A DNA stretch of 63,973 bases, filler included, from Octopus bimaculoides (taxonomy: Eukaryota), in the NCBI RefSeq assembly GCF_001194135.2. It is 5 parts of 5 records of this genome, joined end to end, with 100 filler letters (N's around TTAATTAATTAA, not from the genome) between each part and the next. Parts side by side here need not be neighbours in the genome. Positions count along the whole stretch, not along the records: positions 23,046 to 41,878 come from NC_068985.1; positions 41,979 to 53,811 come from NC_069005.1; 3 more parts are not named here. One strand, 5' to 3'. This document shows, in pieces, positions 38,811 to 53,480 of the stretch. Numbering within the stretch: the first letter of the stretch is position 1; the number at the start of each line of letters is the position of its first letter. The position numbers and the translations under genes were made by a program. Below the pieces are notes generated by a model, which saw only the letters and a list, made by a program, of their open reading frames with translations, did no database searches and was not told where the DNA came from.

Positions 38811-39358
38811 TGCCTGATGTATAAAGGTTTTGTAAAACTTTCTGCATTGCTAAAAATTTTCTTTCTTTTCCTTTTCTTTTTCTATTTCTGTATTACANNN
38901 NNNNNNNNNNNNNNNNNNNNNNNNNNNNNNNNNNNNNNNNNNNNNNNNNNNNNNNNNNNNNNNNNNNNNNNNNNNNNNNNNNNNNNNNNNNNNNNNNNNN
39001 NNNNNNNNNNNNNNNNNNNNNNNNNNNNNNNNNNNNNNNNNNNNNNNNNNNNNNNNNNNNNNNNNNNNNNNNNNNNNNNNNNNNNNNNNNNNNNNNNNNN
39101 NNNNNNNNNNNNNNNNNNNNNNNNNNNNNNNNNNNNNNNNNNNNNNNNNNNNNNNNNNNNNNNNNNNNNNNNNNNNNNNNNNNNNNNNNNNNNNNNNNNN
39201 NNNNNNNNNNNNNNNNNNNNNNNNNNNNNNNNNNNNNNNNNNNNNNNNNNNNNNNNNNNNNNNNNNNNNNNNNNNNNNNNNNNNNNNNNNNNNNNNNNNN
39301 NNNNNNNNNNNNNNNNNNNNNNNNNNNNNNNNNNNNNNNNNNNNNNNNNNNNNNNNNN

Positions 39359-39607
39359 TGTGTGTGTGTGTGCATGTGTGTGTGTGTTTGTGTGTGTGTG
39401 TTTGTGTGTCTGTGTTTGTCCCCCCCCACCATCGCTTGACAACTGATGTTGGTGTGTTCACGTCCCCGTAACTTAGCGGTTCTGCAAAAGAGACCGATAG
39501 AATAAGTACTAGGCTTGCAAAAAATAAGTACTGGGGTCTATTTCTTCGATTAAAGGCGGTGCTCCAGCATGGCTGCAGTCAAATGGCTGAAACAAAAGAA
39601 TAAAAGA

Positions 39608-39610
<3 letters not shown>
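39359..39610 (+). mobile_element. SINE family A, 3' half, followed by (GATA)n
   Basis: Homology to 9053-9274 and 56393-56610. Confidence 0.9.
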
Positions 39611-39665
<55 letters not shown>

Positions 39666-40760
39666 GGGTGCGAAATGTAACTTGTTGATGCAGAACCACA
39701 TAAAAAGTTTCAGTACCACACTGTAGAATGTAGAGGTAGCTCTGAAAACTAAGACAAGATGCATGGCGTGTAAAAAACCCTACAAGCAAATGTTTGTACA
39801 TATATGTGGGTGGAGGTCCACATCAATAAATGTGTCATAAATGTAATAAGCATGAATATATGAAGGGAAAACAATAAATAATTTATTATGACAGATGTTA
39901 ANNNNNNNNNNNNNNNNNNNNNNNNNNNNNNNNNNNNNNNNNNNNNNNNNNNNNNNNNNNNNNNNNNNNNNNNNNNNNNNNNNNNNNNNNNNNNNNNNNN
40001 NNNNNNNNNNNNNNNNNNNNNNNNNNNNNNNNNNNNNNNNNNNNNNNNNNNNNNNNNNNNNNNNNNNNNNNNNNNNNNNNNNNNNNNNNNNNNNNNNNNN
40101 NNNNNNNNNNNNNNNNNNNNNNNNNNNNNNNNNNNNNNNNNNNNNNNNNNNNNNNNNNNNNNNNNNNNNNNNNNNNNNNNNNNNNNNNNNNNNNNNNNNN
40201 NNNNNNNNNNNNNNNNNNNNNNNNNNNNNNNNNNNNNNNNNNNNNNNNNNNNNNNNNNNNNNNNNNNNNNNNNNNNNNNNNNNNNNNNNNNNNNNNNNNN
40301 NNNNNNNNNNNNNNNNNNNNNNNNNNNNNNNNNNNNNNNNNNNNNNNNNNNNNNNNNNNNNNNNNNNNNNNNNNNNNNNNNNNNNNNNNNNNNNNNNNNN
40401 NNNNNNNNNNNNNNNNNNNNNNNNNNNNNNNNNNNNNNNNNNNNNNNNNNNNNNNNNNNNNNNNNNNNNNNNNNNNNNNNNNNNNNNNNNNNNNNNNNNN
40501 NNNNNNNNNNNNNNNNNNNNNNNNNNNNNNNNNNNNNNNNNNNNNNNNNNNNNNNNNNNNNNNNNNNNNNNNNNNNNNNNNNNNNNNNNNNNNNNNNNNN
40601 NNNNNNNNNNNNNNNNNNNNNNNNNNNNNNNNNNNNNNNNNNNNNNNNNNNNNNNNNNNNNNNNNNNNNNNNNNNNNNNNNNNNNNNNNNNNNNNNNNNN
40701 NNNNNNNNNNNNNNNNNNNNNNNNNNNNNNNNNNNNNNNNNNNNNNNNNNNNNNNNNNNN

Positions 40761-40793
<33 letters not shown>

Positions 40794-41519
40794 TACATAT
40801 ATATGCATGTACATACATAAATATTTATGCATACATATACGCATACATACATAAATACATACATACATACGTGTATATGTATGTATGAATGTATGTATGC
40901 ATTAGATTGAAGAGTCCCGTGAGATTTCTGGCATAATCACTTTGAGACTACTTTCGGTAAAATAATCATTAATCTTTACATTTGTTTTTGTTTTTTTCTG
41001 TCTTTGTAGATTACTATATACCAGAGTGGCTAAATCGCATCGATTTTACTCTTTGAAAATTAGTTTAGACCTCGACCCATATCGGACATTACATATTGTA
41101 TGAATTCAAAATGGAATTTTCATCCATAGAAGCAACAAGAAATATTTTTTCTATCCATGGGAATCCATGGAAATGGAACTCTAAGTGTCTGCACATTCCA
41201 ACAATTATTTGGCAGTTTTGCTCCGGAAAGTTTTCTCTCACAGATTTCCTTCGATCTGGATGACCAAGTTCTGTTATGTGCGTTTGTGTGTGTATGCACA
41301 TAAACACACACGCACATATATATATATACATGTCTAAATATATGTTCATTTGTCTGTATATATGCATCACCTGGAGATTGCAGTAACGTGAAACTCAAGT
41401 CATTAAATAAAAATTCAGTTTCAATACCCGATGTAAAAACCTATGCATATATATCCCACGCATACATACATATACTTATATACATGTACATACTATATGT
41501 GAGTGTGCGTGTTTTTATA

Positions 41520-41878
41520 AATAATCATTTACAACCACCACTTTTGAACCACCCAAAACTAAACAGGGAACAAGCTTACAGACAACGCATTTATGAAATA
41601 GATTGCACCAAACATAAAGATCACCCATACACCAGGAACAGAACACACCAACAACGTCCCAACACCAGGCATAACCACCCCATAACAACCCAAAACAACA
41701 CTAGGATAAGAAACACACCACATGCTAGTCACTACTACCCTATGACCCAAAATTACTGGCCCCCACCGAACTCAAGAACAACACAAAATAACATCAGATC
41801 AAGAAACATCCCACATACTAGAGTTACACACATCACTAACCAAAACACCCATAGACACCCACACACATATAACAATCT
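41520..41878 (+). repeat. Strongly A/C-biased segment with an internal diverged duplication of about 44 bp
   Basis: acaacccaaaacaacactaggataagaaacacaccacatgctag (about 41685) vs acaacacaaaataacatcagatcaagaaacatcccacatactag (about 41779). Confidence 0.6.
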
Positions 41879-41978
41879 NNNNNNNNNNNNNNNNNNNNNN
41901 NNNNNNNNNNNNNNNNNNNNNNTTAATTAATTAANNNNNNNNNNNNNNNNNNNNNNNNNNNNNNNNNNNNNNNNNNNN

Positions 41979-42063
<85 letters not shown>

Positions 42064-42084
42064 GAGATAGAAAATGAAGTCATT

Positions 42085-42118
<34 letters not shown>

Positions 42119-42878
42119 CAGTCACAAAACTCAGACAAAAAGAAGAGAAAAACACTCACAGGGCAGTATTTGATAGCATCATTATGTTTTTGAAATCAAA
42201 TTCAATAAATATATTCTCATAAACTTTTTTGACAATAAAATGTATACGTGTAATTTTTTTTTTGCTTGTTTTTATGCCTTTATGTTTTGGTTTTGTTGTC
42301 GTTTTATCTTTATTTATCTATTTTGTTTTTTCGTTATACCGTCTTCATAACCACGTATCTAATCTCTAACTCTTGGCTATGACCACGTGACGTTCTATGA
42401 AAATATTTTCTCTCCCTACTGTCATCATATTTTCTTTAAGATGTTTTCTTTTAGCTTCCTATTAAGATTTCTGTACACACAGACACACACAAACACACAT
42501 ACACATATATATGTTTGTATATGTGTGTATGTATACATATGTATATATGTATATATGTATGTATGTGTGTATGATATGTACGTATATTTTCTTTTCGTTT
42601 TTCTTCTTTTTCGAAACTTCATTGTGTTGAACGAGCATTTAATACGAAAAGTATATATATTTTGTATGTATGTATGAATGTACGCGCCTTCGTAAGTATT
42701 TACATATGCATGCACGTATGTATGTACGTATGTATGTATGCATGTATGCAATGTAATTATGCAATTGTATATATATATATGTATGTATATACATATTTTA
42801 TATATGTATATATTTATATATATATATATTCACACGCACATTTTTACATATAGACATACATACATTTGTGTGTAGTAT

Positions 42879-42962
<84 letters not shown>

Positions 42963-43430
42963 AAGAGAAAGAGAGACATGCAATATATATATACAACATT
43001 TATTTATGCAGACAACATGTATACACATGCAGCATGTATAATTANNNNNNNNNNNNNNNNNNNNNNNNNNNNNNNNNNNNNNNNNNNNNNNNNNNNNNNN
43101 NNNNNNNNNNNNNNNNNNNNNNNNNNNNNNNNNNNNNNNNNNNNNNNNNNNNNNNNNNNNNNNNNNNNNNNNNNNNNNNNNNNNNNNNNNNNNNNNNNNN
43201 NNNNNNNNNNNNNNNNNNNNNNNNNNNNNNNNNNNNNNNNNNNNNNNNNNNNNNNNNNNNNNNNNNNNNNNNNNNNNNNNNNNNNNNNNNNNNNNNNNNN
43301 NNNNNNNNNNNNNNNNNNNNNNNNNNNNNNNNNNNNNNNNNNNNNNNNNNNNNNNNNNNNNNNNNNNNNNNNNNNNNNNNNNNNNNNNNNNNNNNNNNNN
43401 NNNNNNNNNNNNNNNNNNNNNNNNNNNNNN

Positions 43431-43461
<31 letters not shown>

Positions 43462-43643
43462 TATGCATGTATGTATTATGTATGTATGTATGTATTATGT
43501 ATGTATGTATGTAATTAATATAAACAACAGTTTGCAAAAGCTACATATGTATCTGTATGTGTGTGTGTTTTATATATATAAATATAGATATATATATGCA
43601 TATATATATATACATGAATGCATACATATATATACAAGAATGC

Positions 43644-43676
<33 letters not shown>

Positions 43677-43741
43677 TACATATATATACATATATATTTA
43701 TATGTATATGTCATTGTATGTGTGTATGTATATGTGTGTGC

Positions 43742-43813
<72 letters not shown>

Positions 43814-44501
43814 GTGTGTGTGTACCTATATATTTTCATGCGTATTCATAGCAACACTAATAAATGTAAACCAATATCTGGGGAGAAATATTACTGGAAA
43901 ATTTGAAAATGTCTTGAAAATGATAATGTCACTTACGTTCACCCGTATGAATACACATCCTCACACACTCTCACACACACACACACACTCACAAACACAC
44001 ACACATGCAAACACACACTCACGCAGACATACGCACACTCACACAAACATACCTATACACATCGCACTACAAAACACATAGTCAAACATATTACATTCAT
44101 ACATACCGTACATATATAGGTAAATATTACAGTATTCTAATACACATATATACAATGTTTATATTATATATGGTAGAATTTAAAAAACGATTACAGATTA
44201 GCTTAATGTGTTTCATATTAATTCTCTTTCTCTTTCTTTTATCGCAGACACTCTGATGTTATTCTTTCATACTTTTATTTCTTTCTATAATACAACGTGT
44301 TATTCTATTTCCTCTGTCCATTATTATTGACTAATGTTTATTTTATTCTCGAAATTTCGTTCAGGGATGTTTGTAGGCTGGAGTTATATAAACTTATGTA
44401 CAAACTGTACAATTTTGGCAGAAGTGATCAGAGAATAGAGCGGTATATTTCTCGTTAAATATACTATTATATATACATATATATGTATATAGAAGCATGT
44501 G

Positions 44502-44537
<36 letters not shown>

Positions 44538-44671
44538 AGTGTATATGTGTATGTATGTATAGAGTATATATNNNNNNNNNNNNNNNNNNNNNNNNNNNNN
44601 NNNNNNNNNNNNNNNNNNNNNNNNNNNNNNNNNNNNNNNNNNNNNNNNNNNNNNNNNNNNNNNNNNNNNNN

Positions 44672-44703
<32 letters not shown>

Positions 44704-44782
44704 TATATGCATATATATATACATATACATATATATATATGTATATGTATATATACATACACAAAGACAGATACATACATGC

Positions 44783-44813
<31 letters not shown>

Positions 44814-45205
44814 CATACATACATACATACGTACGTGCGTACATACATACATACATACATACAAACACACATAAGCATATACACCGATATAGAAGCAGAT
44901 AGAGAGAAGAGTTGAGATAAACACAAGCTATAAACATCAAAGACACAAAATTCATGACTACTTAATTCATACTTAATTTACTGAAATATAATCTTAATTT
45001 TATAGCTTCAAAATAACCGAAAAGGAAATTGGAAAACAAAATTTATTAATGTATATTTTCTTGCTTGTTCATTTTTTATTTTTTTCCGGCGACGTTTCGC
45101 TTTCACTCAGATTCATTTTCACCTCTGTGTTTTTGGAGCTGATGAAAGAGTCTTGGAAACGACTTGGGTATCTTCCAGAGAGAGAGGTGGGGAGGAGAGA
45201 TAGGG

Positions 45206-45259
<54 letters not shown>

Positions 45260-45275
45260 CAGAGAGAATGAGAGA

Positions 45276-45307
<32 letters not shown>

Positions 45308-45318
45308 AACAGAGAGAG

Positions 45319-45371
<53 letters not shown>

Positions 45372-46007
45372 AATATGAGCATCAAACAAACAATAGGATC
45401 ACTACATAACCGATCTGTTAAAAACAGATGCCAAGCCCTCTCAAAAACACGCTATGTCTATCTATTCGCTGATAGATATGTATGCATTTCCACTAAGTGC
45501 TTCAATATGAATTTCGTATTTTGTTGCTGTCATTGTTTTCATTATTCTTGTTCTAGTTGCTGCTGCTGCTGCTGCTGCTGTTGTTGTTGTTGTTGTTGTT
45601 GTTGCTAAGCCCTTGGTCATTTCTGGTCGAGGAAGACCTATGGTATAAGTCGTTCCAGTCGTAATCATTCTGCCTTAAATGTTGTTCAAACACGGTGTTT
45701 CATTCTTTCGGTGTCAAGTAATTGGACCACTGTAATCGACAAATCCTCTCTCTCTCTCTCTCCTCAAAATGGCTGGCTTTCTGCCTGCGTACTCGCTTGG
45801 CATATTCTTTTGAGAGACAACATGCTTTGCAGAACATCAAGCAGTCACTTATCATCTNNNNNNNNNNNNNNNNNNNNNNNNNNNNNNNNNNNNNNNNNNN
45901 NNNNNNNNNNNNNNNNNNNNNNNNNNNNNNNNNNNNNNNNNNNNNNNNNNNNNNNNNNNNNNNNNNNNNNNNNNNNNNNNNNNNNNNNNNNNNNNNNNNN
46001 NNNNNNT

Positions 46008-46335
46008 TCATCCTTTCGGAGTCGTTAAATTAAGTACCAGCTACGCACTAGGGTCGATGTAATTGACTTAATTCTTTTGTCTGTCCTTGTTTGTCCCCTC
46101 TATGTTTAGTCCCTTGTGGGCAGTAAAGAAATAAGAAACGTTAGTACGCCGGGCGAAATGCTTAGCGGTATTTCGTCTGCCGTAACGTTCTGAGTTCAAA
46201 TTCCGCCGAGGTCGACTTTGCCTTTCATCCTTTCGGGGTCGATAAATTAAGTATCAGTTGCGTATTGGGGTTGATCTAATCGACTGGCCACCTCTCCAAA
46301 AATTTCGGGCCTTGTACCTAGAGTAGAAAAGAATA
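46008..46335 (+). mobile_element. Two tandem family C SINEs with different 3' tails
   Basis: 46008-46135 ends in tgtcccctctatgtttagtcccttgtgggcagtaaagaaataag; 46135-46335 is a 5'-truncated C copy ending gggccttgtacctagagtagaaaagaat. Confidence 0.85.
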
Positions 46336-46416
46336 TATCCTATCTTTTTTTTTTTTAATAGTATGTAATTTAAGAAAATTTTTTGCTTATTATTTTTAGC
46401 ATCGAGGGTGAATCAC

Positions 46417-46549
46417 CAGGCTGTGGTTTTTGTTCGAGAGGTAATTTCATCATAGACAAGTTTTTAAAACACGATATATCGGAGTGAGGCGAATAATACT
46501 GAGAAGCACCAAGTACACCGAAACGTTGGGTAATATGTTCCTGTGTGTC
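46417..46549 (-). CDS. Candidate internal coding exon (133 nt, phase 0 to 1), product unknown
   Basis: Long pyrimidine tract plus GCAG acceptor and CTG|GTGATT donor; open frame DTQEHITQRFGVLGASQYYSPHSDISCFKNLSMMKLPLEQKPQP. Confidence 0.3.
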
Positions 46550-46639
46550 CTGCATATAGAAAAGAAAAACGGGATAGTCATGGCTGTAATATTTCTCATG
46601 ATAGATTTGCTCGAACAACAACAGCAACAACTACTACTA

Positions 46640-46684
<45 letters not shown>

Positions 46685-46754
46685 TTATGACTACTTCTTC
46701 TACAGCTACTTCTACAACCATGATATTATACTTCTATGATGTTATACCATCACT

Positions 46755-47075
46755 GGTGAAGGCGCATGGCTTAGCGGTTAGAGCGTCGGGCTCACAATCA
46801 TGAGGTATTGAGTTCGATTCCCGGACCGGACTGTGTGTTGTATTCTTGATCAAAACACCTTGTTTCGCGTTGTTCTAATTCACTCAGCCATAGAAATGAA
46901 TTGTGACATCACTGGTGCCAAGCTGTATCAGCCTTTGCCTTCCCCTTAGATAGCATCCGTGGCGTGGAGAGGGGAGGTTGGTATGCATGAGTGACAGCTG
47001 GTCTTCCATAAACAACCTTGCCCGGACTTGTGTCTCGGAGGGGAACTTTCTAGGTGTAATAACCGAAGGGAGTCC
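46755..47075 (+). mobile_element. tRNA-derived SINE family D
   Basis: A box TGGCTTAGCGG at 46767-46777, B box GAGTTCGATTCC at 46810-46821, followed by a non-tRNA body. Confidence 0.85.
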
Positions 47076-47297
47076 TTACCTTATACTATCACCAATGCCG
47101 TCATCATTAACCTCGCAAGTATTACAACACTCCCGAAGAACAAACAAGAACAACACTATTAACAACACCATCACATTTTCTCCCACTAACGTTACCATAG
47201 CAACCAGCACTACTACCAAAACTAAATGTATCAATCCCAGCGATATCTTCATGAAACAAACGAAATTAAATGCATGCTTGTTTATATATATATATAC

Positions 47298-47428
47298 ACA
47301 CAAATAAGAGGAATGACCAGCAAAAGTGGACTCCTATATGCTAGAAGTAGATGCCGAATCATCTAGATTCGGCATCTATTTCTAGCATATAGGAGTCCAC
47401 TTTTGCTGGTCATTCCTCTTATTTGTGT
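47298..47428. repeat. Near-perfect 63-bp-arm inverted repeat with a 5-nt loop
   Basis: Arms 47298-47360 and 47366-47428, one G/T mismatch, loop ATCTA. Confidence 0.95.
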
Positions 47429-47701
47429 ATGTAATATAATTTTAATCTTCAGATTTTTTTAATATGCTGGACTACTGGTTTTAATTGATTAATATCAATT
47501 TCTACCCTTATTATTNNNNNNNNNNNNNNNNNNNNNNNNNNNNNNNNNNNNNNNNNNNNNNNNNNNNNNNNNNNNNNNNNNNNNNNNNNNNNNNNNNNNN
47601 GATCATAAATCCAATGAAAATACTGGTTGTTTACCAATCCATAGAAAGTTCAACTATAAAGTAACTATATAAACCATGGTTCATATATTTATATATTTAA
47701 A

Positions 47702-49095
<1,394 letters not shown>

Positions 49096-50661
49096 TTTAT
49101 ATATACATATATATATANNNNNNNNNNNNNNNNNNNNNNNNNNNNNNNNNNNNNNNNNNNNNNNNNNNNNNNNNNNNNNNNNNNNNNNNNNNNNNNNNNN
49201 NNNNNNNNNNNNNNNNNNNNNNNNNNNNNNNNNNNNNNNNNNNNNNNNNNNNNNNNNNNNNNNNNNNNNNNNNNNNNNNNNNNNNNNNNNNNNNNNNNNN
49301 NNNNNNNNNNNNNNNNNNNNNNNNNNNNNNNNNNNNNNNNNNNNNNNNNNNNNNNNNNNNNNNNNNNNNNNNNNNNNNNNNNNNNNNNNNNNNNNNNNNN
49401 NNNNNNNNNNNNNNNNNNNNNNNNNNNNNNNNNNNNNNNNNNNNNNNNNNNNNNNNNNNNNNNNNNNNNNNNNNNNNNNNNNNNNNNNNNNNNNNNNNNN
49501 NNNNNNNNNNNNNNNNNNNNNNNNNNNNNNNNNNNNNNNNNNNNNNNNNNNNNNNNNNNNNNNNNNNNNNNNNNNNNNNNNNNNNNNNNNNNNNNNNNNN
49601 NNNNNNNNNNNNNNNNNNNNNNNNNNNNNNNNNNNNNNNNNNNNNNNNNNNNNNNNNNNNNNNNNNNNNNNNNNNNNNNNNNNNNNNNNNNNNNNNNNNN
49701 NNNNNNNNNNNNNNNNNNNNNNNNNNNNNNNNNNNNNNNNNNNNNNNNNNNNNNNNNNNNNNNNNNNNNNNNNNNNNNNNNNNNNNNNNNNNNNNNNNNN
49801 NNNNNNNNNNNNNNNNNNNNNNNNNNNNNNNNNNNNNNNNNNNNNNNNNNNNNNNNNNNNNNNNNNNNNNNNNNNNNNNNNNNNNNNNNNNNNNNNNNNN
49901 NNNNNNNNNNNNNNNNNNNNNNNNNNNNNNNNNNNNNNNNNNNNNNNNNNNNNNNNNNNNNNNNNNNNNNNNNNNNNNNNNNNNNNNNATATATATATAT
50001 ATATATATATATACGTATAAGTGTTGTTTGTGTACATTATGTGTGGTTGAGAAAGAGTATATAAGCCGTTCAGTTTGTGAATGTGTGGAACGATCTACCA
50101 GTATGTATGTGTGTGCGTGTACCTCAAGTAATACATACGTATGCATATACGTATTTTCTATATGAGTGTGTGTGTGTGTCTGTCTGTCTGTCTGTGTGTA
50201 CGTGTGTACGTGTGCCTGTGCGTGTGATCTTAAATTAAAAGATACGTTCAGGTTAATTGAACATTTTTATATATTTTTTTATATATTTCTTTAGATATTT
50301 TTTTAATGTTTTCTTTTTCTTTTTTTCTTATATATTTTAACTAAGAAAACACAACTCGTTTATTTACACTTATAAACTCTTCAAAGCATCCGAAATTTTT
50401 GGATATCTAAAACATCCGAATACACACTCACACACACACACACACACACATACAAAAACATACACACACATACATACATACATGTATATATACATACATA
50501 TATATACGCAAACAAACAAGCAGACAAGCACAAACAAACAAACAAGCTAAAACACTTATAAACTCATACACAGATCTTTACTTATATATGTATATATATA
50601 CTCACACACACTTATGTATATATATGTATATCTGTATATGTGTGTGTATGCATAAATATAT

Positions 50662-50717
<56 letters not shown>

Positions 50718-50741
50718 ATATGTGTATATAAATATGTGTGC

Positions 50742-50781
<40 letters not shown>

Positions 50782-51750
50782 NNNNNNNNNNNNNNNNNNN
50801 NNNNNNNNNNNNNNNNNNNNNNNNNNNNNNNNNNNNNNNNNNNNNNNNNNNNNNNNNNNNNNNNNNNNNNNNNNNNNNNNNNNNNNNNNNNNNNNNNNNN
50901 NNNNNNNNNNNNNNNNNNNNNNNNNNNNNNNNNNNNNNNNNNNNNNNNNNNNNNNNNNNNNNNNNNNNNNNNNNNNNNNNNNNNNNNNNNNNNNNNNNNN
51001 NNNNNNNNNNNNNNNNNNNNNNNNNNNNNNNNNNNNNNNNNNNNNNNNNNNNNNNNNNNNNNNNNNNNNNNNNNNNNNNNNNNNNNNNNNNNNNNNNNNN
51101 NNNNNNNNNNNNNNNNNNNNNNNNNNNNNNNNNNNNNNNNNNNNNNNNNNNNNNNNNNNNNNNNNNNNNNNNNNNNNNNNNNNNNNNNNNNNNNNNNNNN
51201 NNNNNNNNNNNNNNNNNNNNNNNNNNNNNNNNNNNNNNNNNNNNNNNNNNNNNNNNNNNNNNNNNNNNNNNNNNNNNNNNNNNNNNNNNNNNNNNNNNNN
51301 NNNNNNNNNNNNNNNNNNNNNNNNNNNNNNNNNNNNNNNNNNNNNNNNNNNNNNNNNNNNNNNNNNNNNNNNNNNNNNNNNNNNNNNNNNNNNNNNNNNN
51401 NNNNNNNNNNNNNNNNNNNNNNNNNNNNNNNNNNNNNNNNNNNNNNNNNNNNNNNNNNNNNNNNNNNNNNNNNNNNNNNNNNNNNNNNNNNNNNNNNNNN
51501 NNNNNNNNNNNNNNNNNNNNNNNNNNNNNNNNNNNNNNNNNNNNNNNNNNNNNNNNNNNNNNNNNNNNNNNNNNNNNNNNNNNNNNNNNNNNNNNNNNNN
51601 NNNNNNNNNNNNNNNNNNNNNNNNNNNNNNNNNNNNNNNNNNNNNNNNNNNNNNNNNNNNNNNNNNNNNNNNNNNNNNNNNNNNNNNNNNNNNNNNNNNN
51701 NNNNNNNNNNNNNNNNNNNNNNNNNNNNNNNNNNNNNNNNNNNNNNNNNN

Positions 51751-52092
51751 TGGGATCGCGGTTTCGATTCCCAGATCGGGCGTTGTGAGTGTTTATTGAG
51801 CGAAAACACCTAAAGCTCCACGAGGCTCCAGCAGGGGATGGTAGCGAACCCTGCTGTACTCTTCCACCTCAACTTTCTCTCACTCTTACTTCCTGTTTCT
51901 GTTGTGCCTATAATTCAAAGGGTCAGCCTTGTCACACTGTGTCACGCTGAAAATCCCCGAGAACTACGTTAAGGGTACACGTGTCTGTGGAGTGCTCAGC
52001 CACTTGCACGTTAATTTTACGAGCAGGCTGTTCCGTTGATCGGATCAATTGGAACCCTCGACGTCGTAAGCGACGGAGTGCCAACAACAATA
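51751..52092 (+). mobile_element. SINE family B
   Basis: Homology to 25708-26040 and 63632-63966. Confidence 0.92.
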
Positions 52093-52797
52093 ATAAAATG
52101 TAAAACCTGCAATTTCATCCCCTTTCGTATTCAAGAGGGGAAATAAGCGAGACACGATAAGCTTGCTGTAAAAACAATAAAACCGTCAATCTCACCTTAA
52201 AGGGTTGAAAAACTGACGTCGTGGGGCCTAATCACATTGTATGTTATTTTTGGCGCTATTTTGTTGCTGATCTGACGTATTATAAACGTAGCGAGAGCAA
52301 ACGGCTACAATCTCATCCCACGCTGCTGAAAAATCCATTTACGTGAAAAATAATTTTCGAGTGGTGTTAAATTACAAATGGATATGACTTCGTTTATATT
52401 TATGAATTCATAAACCATGAGGTACAAAGTAACAGCTTTGGTAACAGCATAGGCAATAAATAAGTTGTTGTTAATACATTTTATGAAAGAAGCAATAAAA
52501 GATAATGATACGGAGAAATGGAAAAATAACAGTATTTGTCAATGACGAATATCAGTTTGAATATCTCAGAAAAAAGGGGAGACAACTTCGGGCATATTTC
52601 TCTTTATTCTGATTTCATCAGCTAAACATAAACGTTTCTGTACTTGACGAAGTAATGATGTTGGAATCGCCAAGACTTCATATTATAGGCAACCATATGG
52701 TAAAGTCTATCAAGCAGTACGGTACTGAACTTGGATGTTTGTAGCAGTTTTTAGATTCGTTTCTTTTTTTCTCAAGTTCAAGTTACGATCTCCCTCG

Positions 52798-53441
52798 TAA
52801 GTGGGAGATTTCAGCCTTGAAGATGAAGATCGAACAGGACGTCCAGTTGAGTTTGATGATAAGCTCCTTGAGGCATTACTTGAAGAAAATCCTGCATTAT
52901 CAGTTGAAGAATTGGCAATAAAGCTTAGTTCAAACCAAGCAACTGTTCATCGTCATCTTCAACAACTTGGAAAGGTTCCTAAACTTGGAAAATAGGTGCC
53001 TCGTGAATTGTCCGAAAGCAACCGCAATTCCCGCAATTCTGCTCTTCTCTCCATTCTCGCGAACTCATTTCACCCTTTTTGGATAGACTTGTGACTGCTG
53101 ATCACATGACAGAAGATCGAAGAGCTTGGTTGGGAAGAAGTTCCTCATCCACCTCATTCTCCCGGCCTTGCTCCTTCAGACTACCATTTGTTTCGTAGTT
53201 TACAGAATCATTTCGGAGACATAACTTTCGCAAGCCACGAGGAGGTCGAAACTGACATTTCAGAGTTCTTCGCTTTGAAACCAAAAGAATTTTACATTAA
53301 TGGGATTAAAAAGCTTGTAAATAGATGGAAGGAAGTCATAGATAATCAGGGAAAGTACATTGATGATTAAATTTCAATTAAATATAACATTTGATCACTT
53401 GTTTTCTATATTCAAAATTTGGACAGAACTTATGGGATGAC

Positions 53442-53445
<4 letters not shown>
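52798..53445 (+). mobile_element. Mariner (DD34D-type) transposon, 3' remnant with most of the catalytic core deleted
   Basis: GDFSLEDEDRTGRP…KLGK*VPREL (WVPHEL motif), HSPGLAPSDYHLFRSLQN…GKYIDD*, right TIR ggacagaacttatgggatgacctga followed by TA. Confidence 0.9.

Positions 53446-53480
<35 letters not shown>

Noticed and set aside
46497-46530. CTGAGAAG…CGAAACGTT hammerhead-like string
   Set aside because: The core lacks N7, and stems I and II do not pair; the opposite strand is better explained as a candidate exon.
46755-46830. tRNA gene calls at SINE heads (also 10500-10568, 23880-23946, 63632-63665)
   Set aside because: A/B boxes are present, but there is no complete cloverleaf or terminator and each continues into a repeated SINE body.
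52600-52645. Minus-strand GAAACGTT…CTGATGA as a type II hammerhead
   Set aside because: No stem I hairpin and no stem II pairing.
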